This document shows positions 40,105 through 58,130 of a stretch of 64,000 nucleotides of DNA, one piece after another. Every line of letters starts with the position of its first letter. Within the stretch, counting starts at the first letter, position 1. Both the position numbers and the translations under genes were made by a program. The notes under the pieces were generated by a model. The model worked only from the letters and a program-made list of their open reading frames with translations. It did no database searches and had not been told where the DNA came from. This stretch comes from the human T2T-CHM13v2.0 reference genome, Homo sapiens: assembly GCF_009914755.1 (NCBI RefSeq), contig NC_060929.1; one strand, written 5' to 3'.

Positions 40105-41981
40105 GCGACGTTTTCTTTCAAAGCCAGACAGAGTGCGAGCGCCTCCTTTCTCCCTTTTCCTATAACCTTGCTCCGAATAAAGAGACGGCGGAGACCGCGG
40201 TCCTTCCTCTGGCCAGTTTTCAACCCTGTATCTGCTCATCCCGTTTGTTTCTATTGCTGCCCCTTTTTAGGTCGCTGGTACCCCTGAAGCTTATCGTTCT
40301 CTTCAGAAAGCACCTTTCCTCTCTAGCCGGAAATTTCTTCACCCCATTCAACAAACCGCTTGCCCCTCAAAGGTTGGTCCTTGGGCCAGCAGCAGCTGTA
40401 ACCTGGGCGCTTGTTAGAAATGCAGACATGTGTTCTTTTTACACTCATTTGAGATAATATCTCCTACACGGAATGTTTCCTGCCCCTGCACAAGAATTGT
40501 CTCTTTCCACGCTCTGAGACCACAATACTGTCCTCCGGCGAACTCCAGGGAAATAGCTTAAGTGGGAGATATCAAAATTTATTTTTTTTCCAACCGGCGA
40601 TCTCTTTGTCCACTCACACACTGGTGGAGCATTTGCGCCGTACACAACTGCATGTACTTTGCCCTTTATTATTAGAGAAAATGTTCTCAGATGTTCTCTG
40701 AGGGAAAGAATCCCACTAAATTACACCCTGCACCATCTCCTGCACTACTTTCAAAATTTCAAAGGTTTCTAAATAAGTTTAAAGAGTTGCTCTAGTGGAT
40801 GTATAATCTGTAACTTTTGTTTTTAAGGGCAGCGTGCTTGGTTTTTCTTTAAAAAATACATCAATGCTTGAAAAAATAGTTTTGAAATTTTCTTATTTAG
40901 ATGATGTGTTACTCAACTTGTGAAGAAATCTTTTGAAATTACTGTGTAGGTCAGGGTGCAAAATATTTCAGAGGAAAAAATAGAAACACTTCACCTACAT
41001 ATCTGACTTTTTTTTTTTCTTGCTGTAGGTCAGTAAATCCTCCTCTGTTCACCTACCTCTTCCTTGGTCCTGTTTCAGTGGGGCTGTGGCCCAGTCAAGC
41101 TTGCAAAGGTGGGAAAGGGAAGTCCCGTTCAATTTTTCTATTGTGTTGCTAACTCTAGTGTTAACTAGAAACCATATTTTCAGAACATTAAAATTCAAGC
41201 AAGAAGAAATCTTAATAAAGTTCTACAGATGTTCATAAACCAAGGTAGAGCTCCAAAATTGTGATGTTTTGGAAGAGTTGTTACCCTTTGGGTCTCTGCT
41301 TCTGAAACCACAAGGAAAAGACACCTAAGGTTAAGCTTGAAGCCAGGGTCATGAAGAACCTGCAACAGAAGGATGGCTTGTGGTACGCCAGATTCTGGGA
41401 GCCCAGCAGGCCTGAGTTTGAACCTGAGCTGTGTGAATTGAGCTAGTCTCTTAACCTCTCTGAGTCTGTTTCCTCATTCACGGAATAGATATAATAACTG
41501 TCAACTATTAGAGTACTGTGAGAATTAAATGAAAAAGGGAGTACACAGTGACACATACAGCCTGGATAGTGGTAACTGCTATCCTTAGGTTGGATTATCA
41601 TTATGATCAGCTTCCTTGTTATCTAAACGCAGAACCTGCCAAGTTCCTGGTATATATGAGTCTAAGAAGATTCCCAGAGGAGAAGAAGGCAGAAGCTGGG
41701 GAGTGGGGAGTTATTGCTTAATGGGTATAGATTTTAGTTTTGTAAGGTGATAAGAGTTCTGGAGATAGGTTGACAACAATGTGAATGTTCTTAACACTAC
41801 TGAACTATTATACACTTAAAAATGGTTAAAGTGGTAAACTTTATGTTATGTGTATTTTACTAGAATTAAAAATTTTTAATGAGCAAAAATAAATTATAGA
41901 TCAGGGAGTTTAGAATGGAGTTTAGAAATTTATACGTTTTGACGATTGTCTCAGATAATTCTGATGCCTACTATTGGCACC

Positions 41982-42348
41982 TCATATGGTTTTGTTGTGT
42001 CCCCACGCAAATCTCATCTTGAATTGTAGTTCCCATAACCCAGTGGGAGGTAATTGGAACATGGGGGTGGTTTCCCCCATGCTGTTCTCCTGATAGTGAG
42101 TGAATCTCATGAGATCTGATGGTTTTATGAGCCTCTGGCATTTCCCCTGCTTGCATTCACTCTGTCTTGCTGCCCTGTGAAGAAAGTACCTTTCTTCCCC
42201 TTTCTTCCCCTTCATCTCCTGCCATGACTATAAGTTTCCTGAGGCCTTCCCAGCCATGCAGAACTGTGAGTCAATTAAACTCCTTTTCTTTATAAATTAC
42301 CCAGTCTTGGGTATTTCTTCATAGCAGCATGAGTACGGACTAATATGG
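41982..42348 (+). mobile_element. THE1/MST (MaLR) solo LTR
   Basis: atatggtttt...tgtgtcccca..caaatctcatcttgaattgtag...aactgtgagtcaattaaac...ggactaata. Confidence 0.88.
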
Positions 42349-42359
42349 TATCTCATACT

Positions 42360-44830
42360 TTTTTCTAACTTTTTATTTTGAAATAATTATAGATTCACCA
42401 GAAGTTGCAAAGATAATATAGAGAGGTCCTAGGTACCCTTCATCTAGTTTATCTTACATAATTATAGTACAATATCAAAATCAAGAATTTGACATTGGTA
42501 CTATGCATATATATGTCTTTGTGTCATTTATCATATGCGTACATTTGCGCAAAAACTACCACAATAAAGATACAGAACTGTTCCACCTTAAAGATCATTC
42601 CCATACTTCTCCTTTTTATGCACTCATACCACTCCTAATCATCTCTAACCCCTGACAACCACTAATCCGTTCCATCTTTGTAATTTTGTCATTTTGAGAA
42701 TGTTCTATAAATGGAATTATATCCTTTAGACCTTTCTGACTCAGCATAATGCCCTTGCGATCCATCCAAGTATGCATCAATAGTTTGAGTCTTTTTATTG
42801 CTAAGTACTATTCCATGGTATGGATGTATGAAAGTTTATTTAGTCATTCATCGATTGAGGGTTATTTTAGTTGTTTCCAGTTTTTGGTTTTACAAATAAA
42901 TCTTCTATGAATAATTGTGTACAAGTTTTTCTCTTTAAGAGGCGGGGTCCCTCTATGTTGCCCAGGCTAGCCTCATACTTCTGGCCCCAAGGGATCCTCC
43001 TACCTTTGCCTCCCAAAGCACTTGTACAGGTTTTTGTGTGAACACAGTATTTATTTCACTGGGACAAATGTTCACAAGTGTCATTGCTGCGTCATATGGT
43101 AGTTGCATGTTTAGTCCTTAAGAAATTGCCAAATTGTTTTTCAAAGTGGCTATACCATTTTATACTCCTACCAGCAATATATGAGTGATAGATGTTCTCT
43201 GTATCATGGCCATAATTTGGTATTGTCACTATATTTTAGCTGTCCTGATAGGTGTATGGTAATATCTCATTGTGGTTTTAATTTGCATGTCTCCAATGAC
43301 TAATGATGTTAAACATTTTTTTGTGTGCTTATTTGCCATCTGTGTATCAGTCAGTGAAATGTCTCTTCACGTCTTTTCTTATTTTCTAATAGATTTTATT
43401 TTTTACTGTTGAATTCTGGAAGTTCTTTATATATTCTAGATCTAAGTCTTTTGTGAGATATATATGGTTTGAAAATATGTTCTCCCAGCCTATAGCTTGT
43501 CTTTTCATCATCTTAGTAAGGTCTTTCAGAGAATAAAAGTTTTAAATAAAAGTTTTACTTTAATTTTGATGAAGTCCAATTTGTCTATTTTTTAATGGAT
43601 CATGCTGTTGGTGTCATGCCTGAGAACTCTTCACCAAGCCCTAGGTTCTGCAGATTTTCTATGTTGTCTTCCGAAAGTGTTTTACATTTAAATCTATAAT
43701 CCACTTTGAGATGATTTTTTAAGATGTTATGTTTAGGTTGAGGTTAATTCTTTTGCCTATGGATATCCATTTTTTCCAGCATCATTTGTTGAAAAGAGTA
43801 TCCTCCCACTATTGAATTGCTTTTGCACCTTTGTCAAAAATCAGTTGGCCCCACTATTACTGGATTCTCTATTCTGTTCCATCAACATAGGTGTTGATTC
43901 CTGTGCCAGTACTACATAGTCTTGCTTACTGCAGCTATACAATAAGTCTTGAAATTGTCTTTTTTTAGAATTGTTTTAACTATTTTAGTTCCTTTGCCTT
44001 TCTTTATATATTTTATGATATTCTTATATATAGCTACTAAAAATCTTATTAGGATTTTGATAGGACCTATGTTAAACCTTTATGTAAATTTAGGGAGAAT
44101 TGATAGCTTTGCTATCCTTAATATTCCATTCTATGAGCATTAAATGTCCATTTATTTAGATCTTTGATTTCATCAGAATTTTATCATTTTTAGCATACAA
44201 ATCCTACACATTTTGTTAGATTCACACTTAAATATTTAAGTTTATTTCAGAAATAGTAAATGGTATTATATGTTTAATTTTGGTTTTCTACATGTCTGTT
44301 GCTACTATATAGAAATGCTGCTTTGTATGTTGATCTTGTATCCTGTTCTCTTGCTGAACTCATGAGATCTAGAGCTTTGTGTGTTTTATTTTGTAGAGCC
44401 CTTGGAATTGTCTACATAGATCATCATGTTGTCAACAAACGGAGACAGTTTTATTTCTTCAATTTCAATCTATCTGCCATTTATTTTCTTTTCCTGCCTG
44501 ATTGTGTTGGGTAAAACTTCCAGCACTGTGTTAAACATGAGTGGTAAGAATGAACATTCTTGCTTTTTTCTCCTCATCTTAGTGGGAAAGTTTTTAGCCT
44601 TTACAACTGAGCATAATATTAAATGTAGGTTTCTGTATATGTTTTTTATCAAGTTGAGAAAGTTGTCTTCTATTCATATTTTTTCTGAGAGTTTCTTTTG
44701 CATGAATGCATGTTGAATTTTTCTAACACTTTTTCTGCATAAATTGATATAATCATGTGATATTTTTTCTTCTTGAGCCTGTTAATATGGGTATTATATT
44801 GATTGATTTTTGAAAATATTGAGCCAGCCT
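42360..44830 (-). mobile_element. Old L1M (MB/MC-like) fragment containing a small Alu monomer at about 42935-43020
   Basis: T-rich antisense L1 3' UTR and ORF2 remnants. ORF 44470-44652 (QECSFLPLMFNTVLEVL) is decayed RT. Confidence 0.8.
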
Positions 44831-45919
44831 TAGTTCCCCACCCTTTTTTTTTTTTTTTCAGAGATGGGATCTCACTCTGTCACTGAGGCTGGAATGCAGG
44901 GGCACAATCATAGCTCACTGCAGTCCCAAACTCTCAGGCCCAAGTGATCCTCTTGTCTCAGCCTCCTGACTAGCTAGAAGGACAGTTGCCCATCTGGTCC
45001 CCCACCCTTTTTGATAAGAGCCCTTGCTGTATAGTAGAGGAGAGTGGACAGTCCTTCTAATGCAGGGAGGAAGGTGGGGGAAGACAGAGAAAAGAACAAA
45101 TGGAGAAAGCCAGAGTCTTTACTTTCTACCCTCCTCCTTCTGACGGTATAACCCTCAGACAAATTTTTCTATGAAAGTAATTTTTCAGTAAGTATTCCCA
45201 GGAAAAATCAGCTGGAGAATGGGCAAGAGTGACTGAGAAAGGAAGGAGGCTAAGCTGGGATATGCAATTAAACAAAGTCCCATGGAGGAAAGTTCTGTAG
45301 AGTGTGAGTGGTTATCCAAGATGTGACTTTGAAAGGAATTGCAGCCGGGCTCAGAGGACTGGCCATTCAAGCAATAGCCCAGATGAGGGCCCCCATCCCC
45401 AATGGAAACCACTGAGCCTTGACTGTTATGAAGGAATGGTTTACAAGTCATACCATCTGATGAATTCAAAAAGTCTTCTCCTTTCAAGAGGTCTCCTCTT
45501 TCTCTCCTCTTTCTCAATATAGCCTTTGTGTACAGGAGGAAGCGTCTTAGTTCTCATGTCTTAAGGAAATAAAAGAGCCCTGGTTTATCCTGTTTTGGGA
45601 TTCACTGAGCTTCTTGTATCTGCTGGTTTAAGGTTTTCTTCACATTTGGAAAAACTTTCAACCATTATTAATTTTTTTTTCCTGTTTTGTACTTTTTTTC
45701 TCCTCTTCTCTGGGACTCCAATTACCTATTAGGCGGCCTGACATTACAGGCAGGTCCTGAGGTTCTTTTCATTGTTTTTTAGTATGTTTTCTCTGTGTGT
45801 TTCATTTTGGATAGTTCCCATTGTTTTGTTTTCAATTTCATTAATTATTTTCATCTGCAGTGTTTAGTTTGCTTTTAGTCTCATCCAGTGAAATTGTCAT
45901 TTAAGATATTGTAATTTTT

Positions 45920-46410
<491 letters not shown>

Positions 46411-46752
46411 TTATCATGCACATTTTGTTGCTTCTTTATATTTCTAATGATTTTTAAAACAGCTTTATTAAAGTATAACTGACATACAATATACTGCACA
46501 TATTTAAAGTACAAAACTTGATAAGTTTTGGCATACATATACATATGTGGTGGTGAAACCATCACTACAATCAATATTAATAAACATATTCATCACATCC
46601 AAAAGTTTCTTCTGCTCTTTATAATCTCTCCTTTCTACATCACTGTAACCTTCTTATCTTCAGGCAATTATGGGTCTGCTTTCTGTAGATTAATTTGCGT
46701 TTTGTAGTGTTTTATATGAATAAAATCATACAATATGTACTCTCGTGTCTAA

Positions 46753-47088
<336 letters not shown>

Positions 47089-49331
47089 TGAAATACATGC
47101 TTTTTGTATCAGTTATTTTGTATTACTGATAGCATTTCATTGTATTGATATAACACAATTTGTTTATCCAACAAATTACCAAGACATTTGGGTTGTTTTC
47201 AGTTTTGAGCTGTTTACAAATAAAGCTTCCAGGAATACTCATATACAAGTCTTTTTATCAATTCATTTTTCTTGAGTAAATACCTAAGAGTGGAGTGGTT
47301 AGATCATATGAATATTTAGTTTTTTAAGAAACTGCAAAACTGTTTTCCAAGGAGTTTGGTCATTTAAAATTTTTATCAACGTATGGCAGAATTCTAGTTG
47401 TTCCAAATCCTTACCAGCAGTTGGTATTGCCAGACTTTTTCATTTCAGCCATTCTAATAGGTGTATAGTGTTCTTCATTACAGTTTTAATTTATATTTTC
47501 CCAATGACTAAAAATGTTGTGCATCATTTTCTGTAACTATTTGTCATCCATCTATTTTAACAAAATGTCTGATAAAATCTTCAGTCCATTTTTCTCTTGG
47601 GCTGTTTGTTTTCCTATTGTTGAATTTAGAGAGGATCTTTTCTCAAATACATGATTTGCAAATAATTTTTCAGTTGTGGCTTGTCTTGTATTCTTTTAAT
47701 AGTGTCTTTCAAAGAGCAGAAGTTTTACATTTTAATGAAGTTCAGTTTATCAATGTTTCCTTATATATATCAAGCTTTTGTTGTTGTATCTATGAAGACA
47801 TTGTCTATCCTAAGCTCATAAAAACTTTCTTCTATGCCTTCTTTCAGAAGTTTTATAGTTAGGTGTATGATCCATTTTGAGTTAATTTTTGCATATGGTG
47901 TGAGGTATGGATTAAAGAGTTTTTTTGCCTATGGACATTCAACTGTACCACTGCCATTTGTTAAAGAGCCTATGCTATCTGTACTGAATTGTGTCTGCAC
48001 TTCTGTAAAAAAATCAGTTTTTCATATATATATGTGGGTATATTTTTTGATTGTCTAGTCTGTTCTATTGATCCATTTGTGTATTTTTATGCCAATTCTG
48101 TATTGTCTTGATTCCTGTAGCTTTGTAATACATCTTGAAACTAGGTGTTATTCATCTACCAACTTTTTTCCAGTTATTTAGGATATTCTAGGTCCTTTGC
48201 ATTTCCATATTAATTTTAGAATTAGCTTGTTAATATCTATTAAATAAAGAAAAAAAAGCACCTGCTGGGATTTTGACTGAGATTATGTTGACTCTATAGA
48301 AAAATTTGAGGAGAATTCAAATGTTAAAAATATTGAAGCTTCTAACCCATAAACATGGTATATCTCTCTACTTATTTAGGTCTTCTTTACTCAGTTTTGA
48401 GCTGTTACAAATAAAGCTTCCAGGAATATTCGTGTATAAGCCTTTTTATGAATTCAGTTGTAAATTCAAGTATTTTTATGAATTCAGTTGAAAATTTGTA
48501 TGAGCTTGGGATAGACAATGTTTTCATAGATACACCACCAAAAGTTTGATATATATAAGGAAACATTGATAAACGAGCTTCATTAAAATGTAAAACTTCT
48601 GCTCTTTGAAAGACACTGTTAAAAGAATACAAAGACAAGCCACAACTGAAAAATAGGTTCGCAACTGTTTTATGAATTCAGGTTTTATATGTTTCACTGT
48701 ATATATCTTGCACATATTTTGTCAGATTCATTCCTAGGTATTTTATATTTTAAATATCTATTGTTAATGATATTTTTAGAAATTCCAATTTCTAATTGTT
48801 GCTAATTAATTTTTGCTTGTTGATCTTGTATGCTACAACTTTGCTAAATCACTTCTTCATTTAGCATCTTTTTATTTAAAAAAAAGCTTTTAATTTTCCA
48901 TTAAATTCTCTACATAGGTTGTCATACTGTCTTGAATAAAGACAGTTTTACTTCTACTTTAGTTTCAACGCCTTTTATTTATTTTTCTTGCCTTATTTCA
49001 ATGACTAGAGCTTCTAATACAACACTGAATAGAAAAAGTAAGTAAAGATATTCTAGTCTCATTTCTTATTGTAGGGTGAAAGCATTCAGTCTTCCATCAT
49101 TAATTATTAATTATGATTTTTCCTATAAGGTTTTTCTTGGTAGATTCTTTTCATTAGGTTGAAAACGTTTCCTTTTATTTATAATTTTCCAAGAGCTATG
49201 ATCAGGAATGGATGTCATATTTTATCAAATGTGTATTCTGCATCTTTTGAGATGATTATATAGTTTTTATTATTTAATTTGTTAATATGGTAAATTACAT
49301 TGATTTTCTAATGATAAACTAGCCTTGCATT

Positions 49332-49627
49332 TTTTTTTTTTTCCAGACAGGGTCTCACTTCTGGTGCCCAGGCTGGAGTGCAGTGGTGCAATCACAGCTC
49401 ACTACAGCCTTGACTTCCAGGGCTCAGGTGATTCTCCCACCTCAGCCTCCTGAGTAGCTGAGACTACAGACACATGCTGCCATGCCTAGCTGATTTTTTG
49501 TATTTTTAGTAGGGATAGGGTTTTGCCATGTTGCCCAGGCTGGTCTCAAACTCCTGAGCTCAAGGAATCCATCTCCCTTGGCCTCCCAAAGTGTTGGAAT
49601 TACAGGCATGAGCCACTGCACCCAGTC
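49332..49627 (-). mobile_element. AluJ
   Basis: Antisense dimer with cacagctcactacagccttgac diagnostics. Degenerate TSD. Confidence 0.92.
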
Positions 49628-50318
49628 AACCTTGAATTCTTGAAATAAATTCCAGTTGTTCTTGATGCATTAGCCTTTTAATATATTATTAGATTTGATT
49701 TGCTCAAATTTTGCTTAGAATTTTTGCTCTATGTTCATGAGAGTTATTGACTTGTAGTTGTAGTTTTCTTGCAATGTATTTGTCCAATTTTGATGTCAAA
49801 GTAACACTGGCTTCAAATAATGCATTCAGAAGTATTCCCTTTTCCTTGATTTTCAGAAAAATTTATATAAAATTGGTAATATTTCTTCTTTAACCGTCTG
49901 ATTGAATTTCACCCATGAGGCTATCTGGGCCTAGAAATTCTTTGTGGGATGGTTTTTAACTATGACTTAAATTTATCTAATAGATACAGGGCTATTTAGG
50001 TTATCTATTTCTTCATGAGTAAACTGTGGCAGTTTGTGTCTTTCTAGGAACTTATCCATTTAATCAAAGTTGCCAAATGTGTAAGTACAAAATTGTTCAA
50101 AATATTTCGTTATTATTTTAAACATCTATAAAATCTGTAGTGACATCACCTTTTATTCCTGATATTGGAAATTTGTGTCTTCTCTCTTTGGGAGCTGGAG
50201 CCCTTATCTAGTACCACTCTACCACTTACTAGTTGTCTAACCAGTTTCTTCAGCTTTCATAGGTTTCTTCTACTTCTAATATTCAATAAGTTTATTTAGT
50301 CTGCCTTGAGATTTATCT

Positions 50319-52753
<2,435 letters not shown>

Positions 52754-55700
52754 AGATTTATCTATTTTACTAATCTTCTTGTAGAACCAGTTTTTGGCTT
52801 CATTGATTTTCTCTATTGATTTTCTGTTTTTTATTTCACCGATTTATATTTTGATCTTTATTATCCACTTTCTTCTTACTTTGGGCTTTATTTTTACTTT
52901 TTCTATACTATGGTTGACACAAACTTATTACTTTAAGACCCTTTTATTTCTCATATAGGCATTTAATATTATAAATTTCCCACTAACTATTGCTTTAATG
53001 CCATGCCACAAATGATGTTATGTTGTTTTTATCTTTTTTTTGGAAGTTCAGAATACTTTCTAATTTCCATTTGGATTTTATCTTTGACTCCTGTGTTATT
53101 TAGAACTGCATTATTTGCTTTCCAAATGTTTCAGCATCTTCTCATTTTTTATTGAATGCCTGACATTTAAATTTTTATGTTGTTGGATGCTGGATTTGGT
53201 TATATTGCTTAGAGAATGCTGGCCCTTTTGGATAGTAACTGAAGTTACTTGGTGATCCTGTTGATCCTTGTTTGATTCTCTTGAGCCATGTTTTTAAGCT
53301 CTTTGAGAGTGACTCTAAAGAAGCCTTTACTCTAGGGCTACTTTAGGCCACTACTCAGGCATCACCCATCTGGTCTCCCTCTGTTGAATAATCTATATAT
53401 TCTGAAGATTTCAATACTCTGGCTTGAGAAAATTCCAACAACTCCAAACAGTATGTGAACTCTGGGAAGTGTTCAGCTTACCATTCCCTGGTACTTATTC
53501 TTTCCCCAGCAGCTTCTCTTTGCCTGACCTCATGATGATTACTATTTGTCCAAAGACTTGAGGGGAATCCTATACAGATTTCTGGAAGTCTTTCTTTGCA
53601 TAGTTACCTCTTCTCTTATACTCTACTCGGCAAATTCTAGCTGTCTAGGTGTCCCTGAACTCTAACGTCTGTCTCTTCAACTCAGTGAGACCACCGAATT
53701 GTTTCAGTTTCCCTTTCCTGTGCTGCAGTTTAGAAACTGCTTCGAGGCAGAAAAACAGGGTAATTGTAGCATTTGCTTTGCTTGTTTCTCTTCTCTTGAG
53801 GATCACAGTCCTGTGCTTCTGGTTGTCTTATGTCTGAAATAGTTGTTTTATATATTTTGTCAGGTTTTAAAACTGTTTTCAGCAGAAGGCTGATTTGAGC
53901 CTATGTTATTCCCTGTGGTGGCAAACAGAAGTCTCATTATCTTTAGATTTGGGAATGCTATTAATTATAAAGTTAATCTCTAGTCGTCTTCATGACATCT
54001 CAGTTTAGTTTAGTTTTAGTATTTATTACGTTATGTACTTCAAAGCAGTCAGTGCATTGGAAAGGACCCCAGGCTTGGGACCTGGAGCCCTGATTCTGGT
54101 ACCACTGTGCACTTGCTGGTCGTCTAATCAGTTGCATAAACTCCTGGGGAGTCAGTTTTCACATCTGTCAATTAAGATGGTGGGACTCTTTAAGGTCTCT
54201 TCACTTTTGTAATTTAATGAGAGAACTCATACACTCCCACTTTTGTTCAAAGATTCCCAGAATACTTCTTGCATTTTTGATTCTAGCATTCCCTTGATTA
54301 AAGAAAAGAAGGAACTGAAAGATATTTAAAGAAATGAAAATAGAAAGATCAAGATCAAATAAGGAAAGTGTGAAATAGTTGGTGAAAATTAGGATATTTT
54401 GGGGGGCCAAATAAAGGTGAAAGCAGCATGATTAAAATCAATGAATTTGTGCAGGTTTAGACAGAGTGAACAGAGAATAGAAACAGACTTTCTTGCAGTT
54501 GCTGTTTATGCTAGGAAATCTGGCATGGTGATTAGGGTATGACACACAAGAGAGAAATTTGAGCAGTATCAGGAAAAGAATTTGTAAGTCTCAAAACGAG
54601 GTCAGAGAACTTAAGTGCCAGACACATGATGCTGGTGTCACAGAGGAAAATGTCATTTCATTATCCTATAAAGGTGTCAAACCCATATATTTCATGTGGC
54701 TGAGCAGTCCTCTCTGGGAGATGGTTTTGCACAGCAAAGATTCAGATCCTGTGTCTTTTGAAAATACGTATAGCTAGCATATTGAAAAAGCATAGCTTAC
54801 AGATTAGTAAAAACACAACTTTGTTTTTCCATTGTCCTTTTACAGTGGGAAATTTAGTCTGTGGGGTAACTTTTCTGCTCTGCATGAGGACCCCAGCAGC
54901 CTATAAGTTCCTGCTTATTCTTAAGTGACAGGTGATCTACAGTAACTAAGTCACAAGTAAGTTAGATGAGAAAATTAGAAAATCCAGTCCTGTGTAATAT
55001 TCAAACCTTTGAACTTAATTTACTGTTAAACCTCTTTCTCTCCCACCTCCATTTTTCTCCCATCTTCCACTCCCTACTCTTGGGCTAGTTTTTAGGATGG
55101 AAGCCTGCATTAAGGTACAGGGTGGTAGTCCTTCTTCTTTTCTTTACCTCACGTTTCTGCTCTTCTTTGCCTATCTTGATAGCTGCTATTTTGATTCCAC
55201 GGGAGTCCATGGGGCTGGGGGTGACAGGGAGAGGTGACACATAGGACTTCTTACTTGAGCTGGCACTGTTGTCATTTGGTCTCATTCTGGTCTTACAGAT
55301 GCATTTTCCCCTTGAGATGTCATTTTCCTGGATTCTTCAGTGTTTTTCCTCTTTTTTTCTACAATTTCCTTGACTCAGCAACTTCTATTTCTTTGTTCTG
55401 ATAGTCATCATGACTTCTTCCTCAGCCCCTAGACACCAAGCAGCGTATCTCAAAGCTCCTCCAGCCTCCTCCAGGTGGCTCTACTGGACTAAATCAAGAC
55501 AGTCCCCATATTGGCTCACTTTGTATGGTAGGGGACACAGCTCTTGCAAGGAATGCTCATGCTTCCCTGGCCTGGGACTGGCATGAGTCCCAAGGCAGCA
55601 GCACTCCAAAGAAGTCAGCCATTCTCATGCCTTTTAGATCCCCACCTGGTAGGAGTTAGACCTTGGCCATACCATCAATTTCATCTTTCTCAAAAGTGAG

Positions 55701-57827
55701 TTGGGCTTCTAAGCCTCTCAGCCTCAGGAAACACTTTCACTGCTCTCTGAGGGATTCTCTCCTCCAAGCCCATAGTTAGAAGGTTGCCCCTCCTCCCAAC
55801 TCCCTGAGAGCGTGGAAAGCTTGGCAAAATAATGCTTCCCCCTCCCCTCCATCAAGAGATAGCTTCTCCAATCTCTTTTGTCTCCATTCTCTGACCCTTC
55901 TTCTGGGGCCCTCATGTAGCTGAGAAGCCCAACAGGCATACCCAGGTTCTCAAGGCCATTTATTTTGAAAATCTTCATAACATGTTTTGGCACCTTTCTC
56001 TGGAATTTTATATCTATTATGTTTTGTTGCCTGGTGAAAACTTCAGTTTTCAGATTCTATTACACAAGTAATAAACAAACGTGATTCATAAGCCAACCCT
56101 TGAACCACAGTCCAGTAGTGTAACATCTGGCTCTACTAAACATTTTGATTTCTGAGTGTGTTATTGTGTAAAAAAACTGTGGGAGGACAACTTGCCTAAG
56201 AGTTTTATTTAATACTTGACCGGCTATGCTATTCAGCACTTGTTAAGTAGAGCTGTAGACATACAAAGTTCATAAAATAATTTGGAATGAAATAGCTTAC
56301 TGAGTGGATGTAGTAGATTTTTGTTTATGTTGTAGTAGGTTTATTCTCCAAGGGTGTCATGTGGTTCTTGACCACAAAGAAAGCAGTGAGTCCATGATCC
56401 ACTTCCAGCACAAGAAAACAGTGAGTCCATGATTCTCTTTCCAGACAAGAGGGCAGGAAAGTTGCTCTGCAATACTGACCCACAAGGAGACAAATTCTCC
56501 CAAATTAACTCCCTCACCAGCTGACCATTCTAAACACAGACTTAATGGACACCATAATAGCATGTTTCAGTGAGATTTGAAGGGAGGAGAGGGTGGTGGA
56601 TGGTTCTATTTTCTGAAGTCAAAATATCGTTACAGGGTAGCTTGAGTCCAAAGCACAGAGAAAAGGGAAGGAAACACCACTGTGAGGTTCTCAGAGGTGG
56701 CATAACTAGATCATATGTGCTGCTGGTTAGACTTGACTTTTGCAGTTAAGGTTGAGAGCCAAAGGCTGTGTGTCGTAGGGATTTTCCCCTAACTTTTGGT
56801 TTGTTTGCATAAAACTAGGGAGGGAAATAGTTGAATTAAATTTGAGAGACTTTATTTTACTTATTTGGAGACCTGAATCATGGAATTGGAAGATGCTTGC
56901 TTGATGTTTGATTTGCTGAAGTGGTGACTCTTTAAGCTGGCGTCTCCACCTGCTTTTACACTCCAGGTTCACTTTTGGAACCTGTAAAATAAAAGTTTCC
57001 CACTTCCTTAAGGAGTATAATTTTCTCTCCGCTCCCCACCTTGCAGTCTCTTTGAGATTCATAAGCTTTGTGAGGTCATGGCAGCTGAGAACGTATGATC
57101 AAGCTTTACTTCCTATAGTTTCTGTTACAAAGACAATAGGCATTTGTTGGCTTTTAAAAAATACATGAGCATGTATTTTTTAATATGCCACCAGTTGTAC
57201 AAAATATCCTATAATTTCAGAGGGCTCAAAGACCTCCTGAAGGCCATGCATGAACCTGGAAGGGGGTTGTTTCTCCCAACTTTAGATGACTCATGGGCTC
57301 TTTTTCCATCCTGCTGGATATCTTAATCTCTCTTAGAATCACAGTTTTAGAGTTCTGAGTGGCCTTAGAGATCATCTACATTTCATAGAAAATTTAAGTG
57401 GTATATTAAGCAACTTTCCCAAAGTTACACAACAGTCTTTACAGATTCCGAGCAAGAATTCAGGTGGCTGAATTTCCTCTTCACGCCTGTTCTTTCCACT
57501 ATATTGTCAATGGCTTGAATTTTCTCTACTTTGTCCAATCCCCTTAAAGACAGTAACCAAAACCATAAAACAAATGCCATTATAACAAACTCTGCCAAAG
57601 TACTTTATATTCTTTTGCATATACTGATATCATGCTGCTTTTATTTTATATTATTTCTTGGCTAAACAAATACTTATACAATTGCTATGAACCCAGATTT
57701 TTGCCAACTATTATAAATGATACAGAAGAAAAAGATACATAACCTCTCATTTCTAGCAGTTTCAAATTTACTAGGGCGACGAATATGACTCATGTTTAAT
57801 CTGTGGTCAGCTGTAGCCCCTAGAACA

Positions 57828-58130
57828 CTTTTTTTCAATTTTTAATTTTTGTGGGTATAATAGTAGGTGTATATATGTGTGGGGGTACATGAGATACTTT
57901 GATATAGGCATGGAATGCATAATAATCACATCATGGAGAATGGGGTATCCATCCCCTCAAGCATTTATCCTTTATGTGACAAACTAATTATACCCTAGTT
58001 ATTTTTAAAAGTACAATTAAATTATTTTGTCTGTAGTCACCCTGTTGTGCTATTAAATACTAGTTATTATTCATTCTTTCTAACTGTTTTTCTTTTGGAA
58101 CCCATTAACCATCCCCACCTCCCCCAACCC
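57828..58130 (-). mobile_element. L1MA 3' end
   Basis: ggggtacatgagatactttgatataggcat...aatggggtatccatcccctcaagcatttatcc. Confidence 0.85.
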
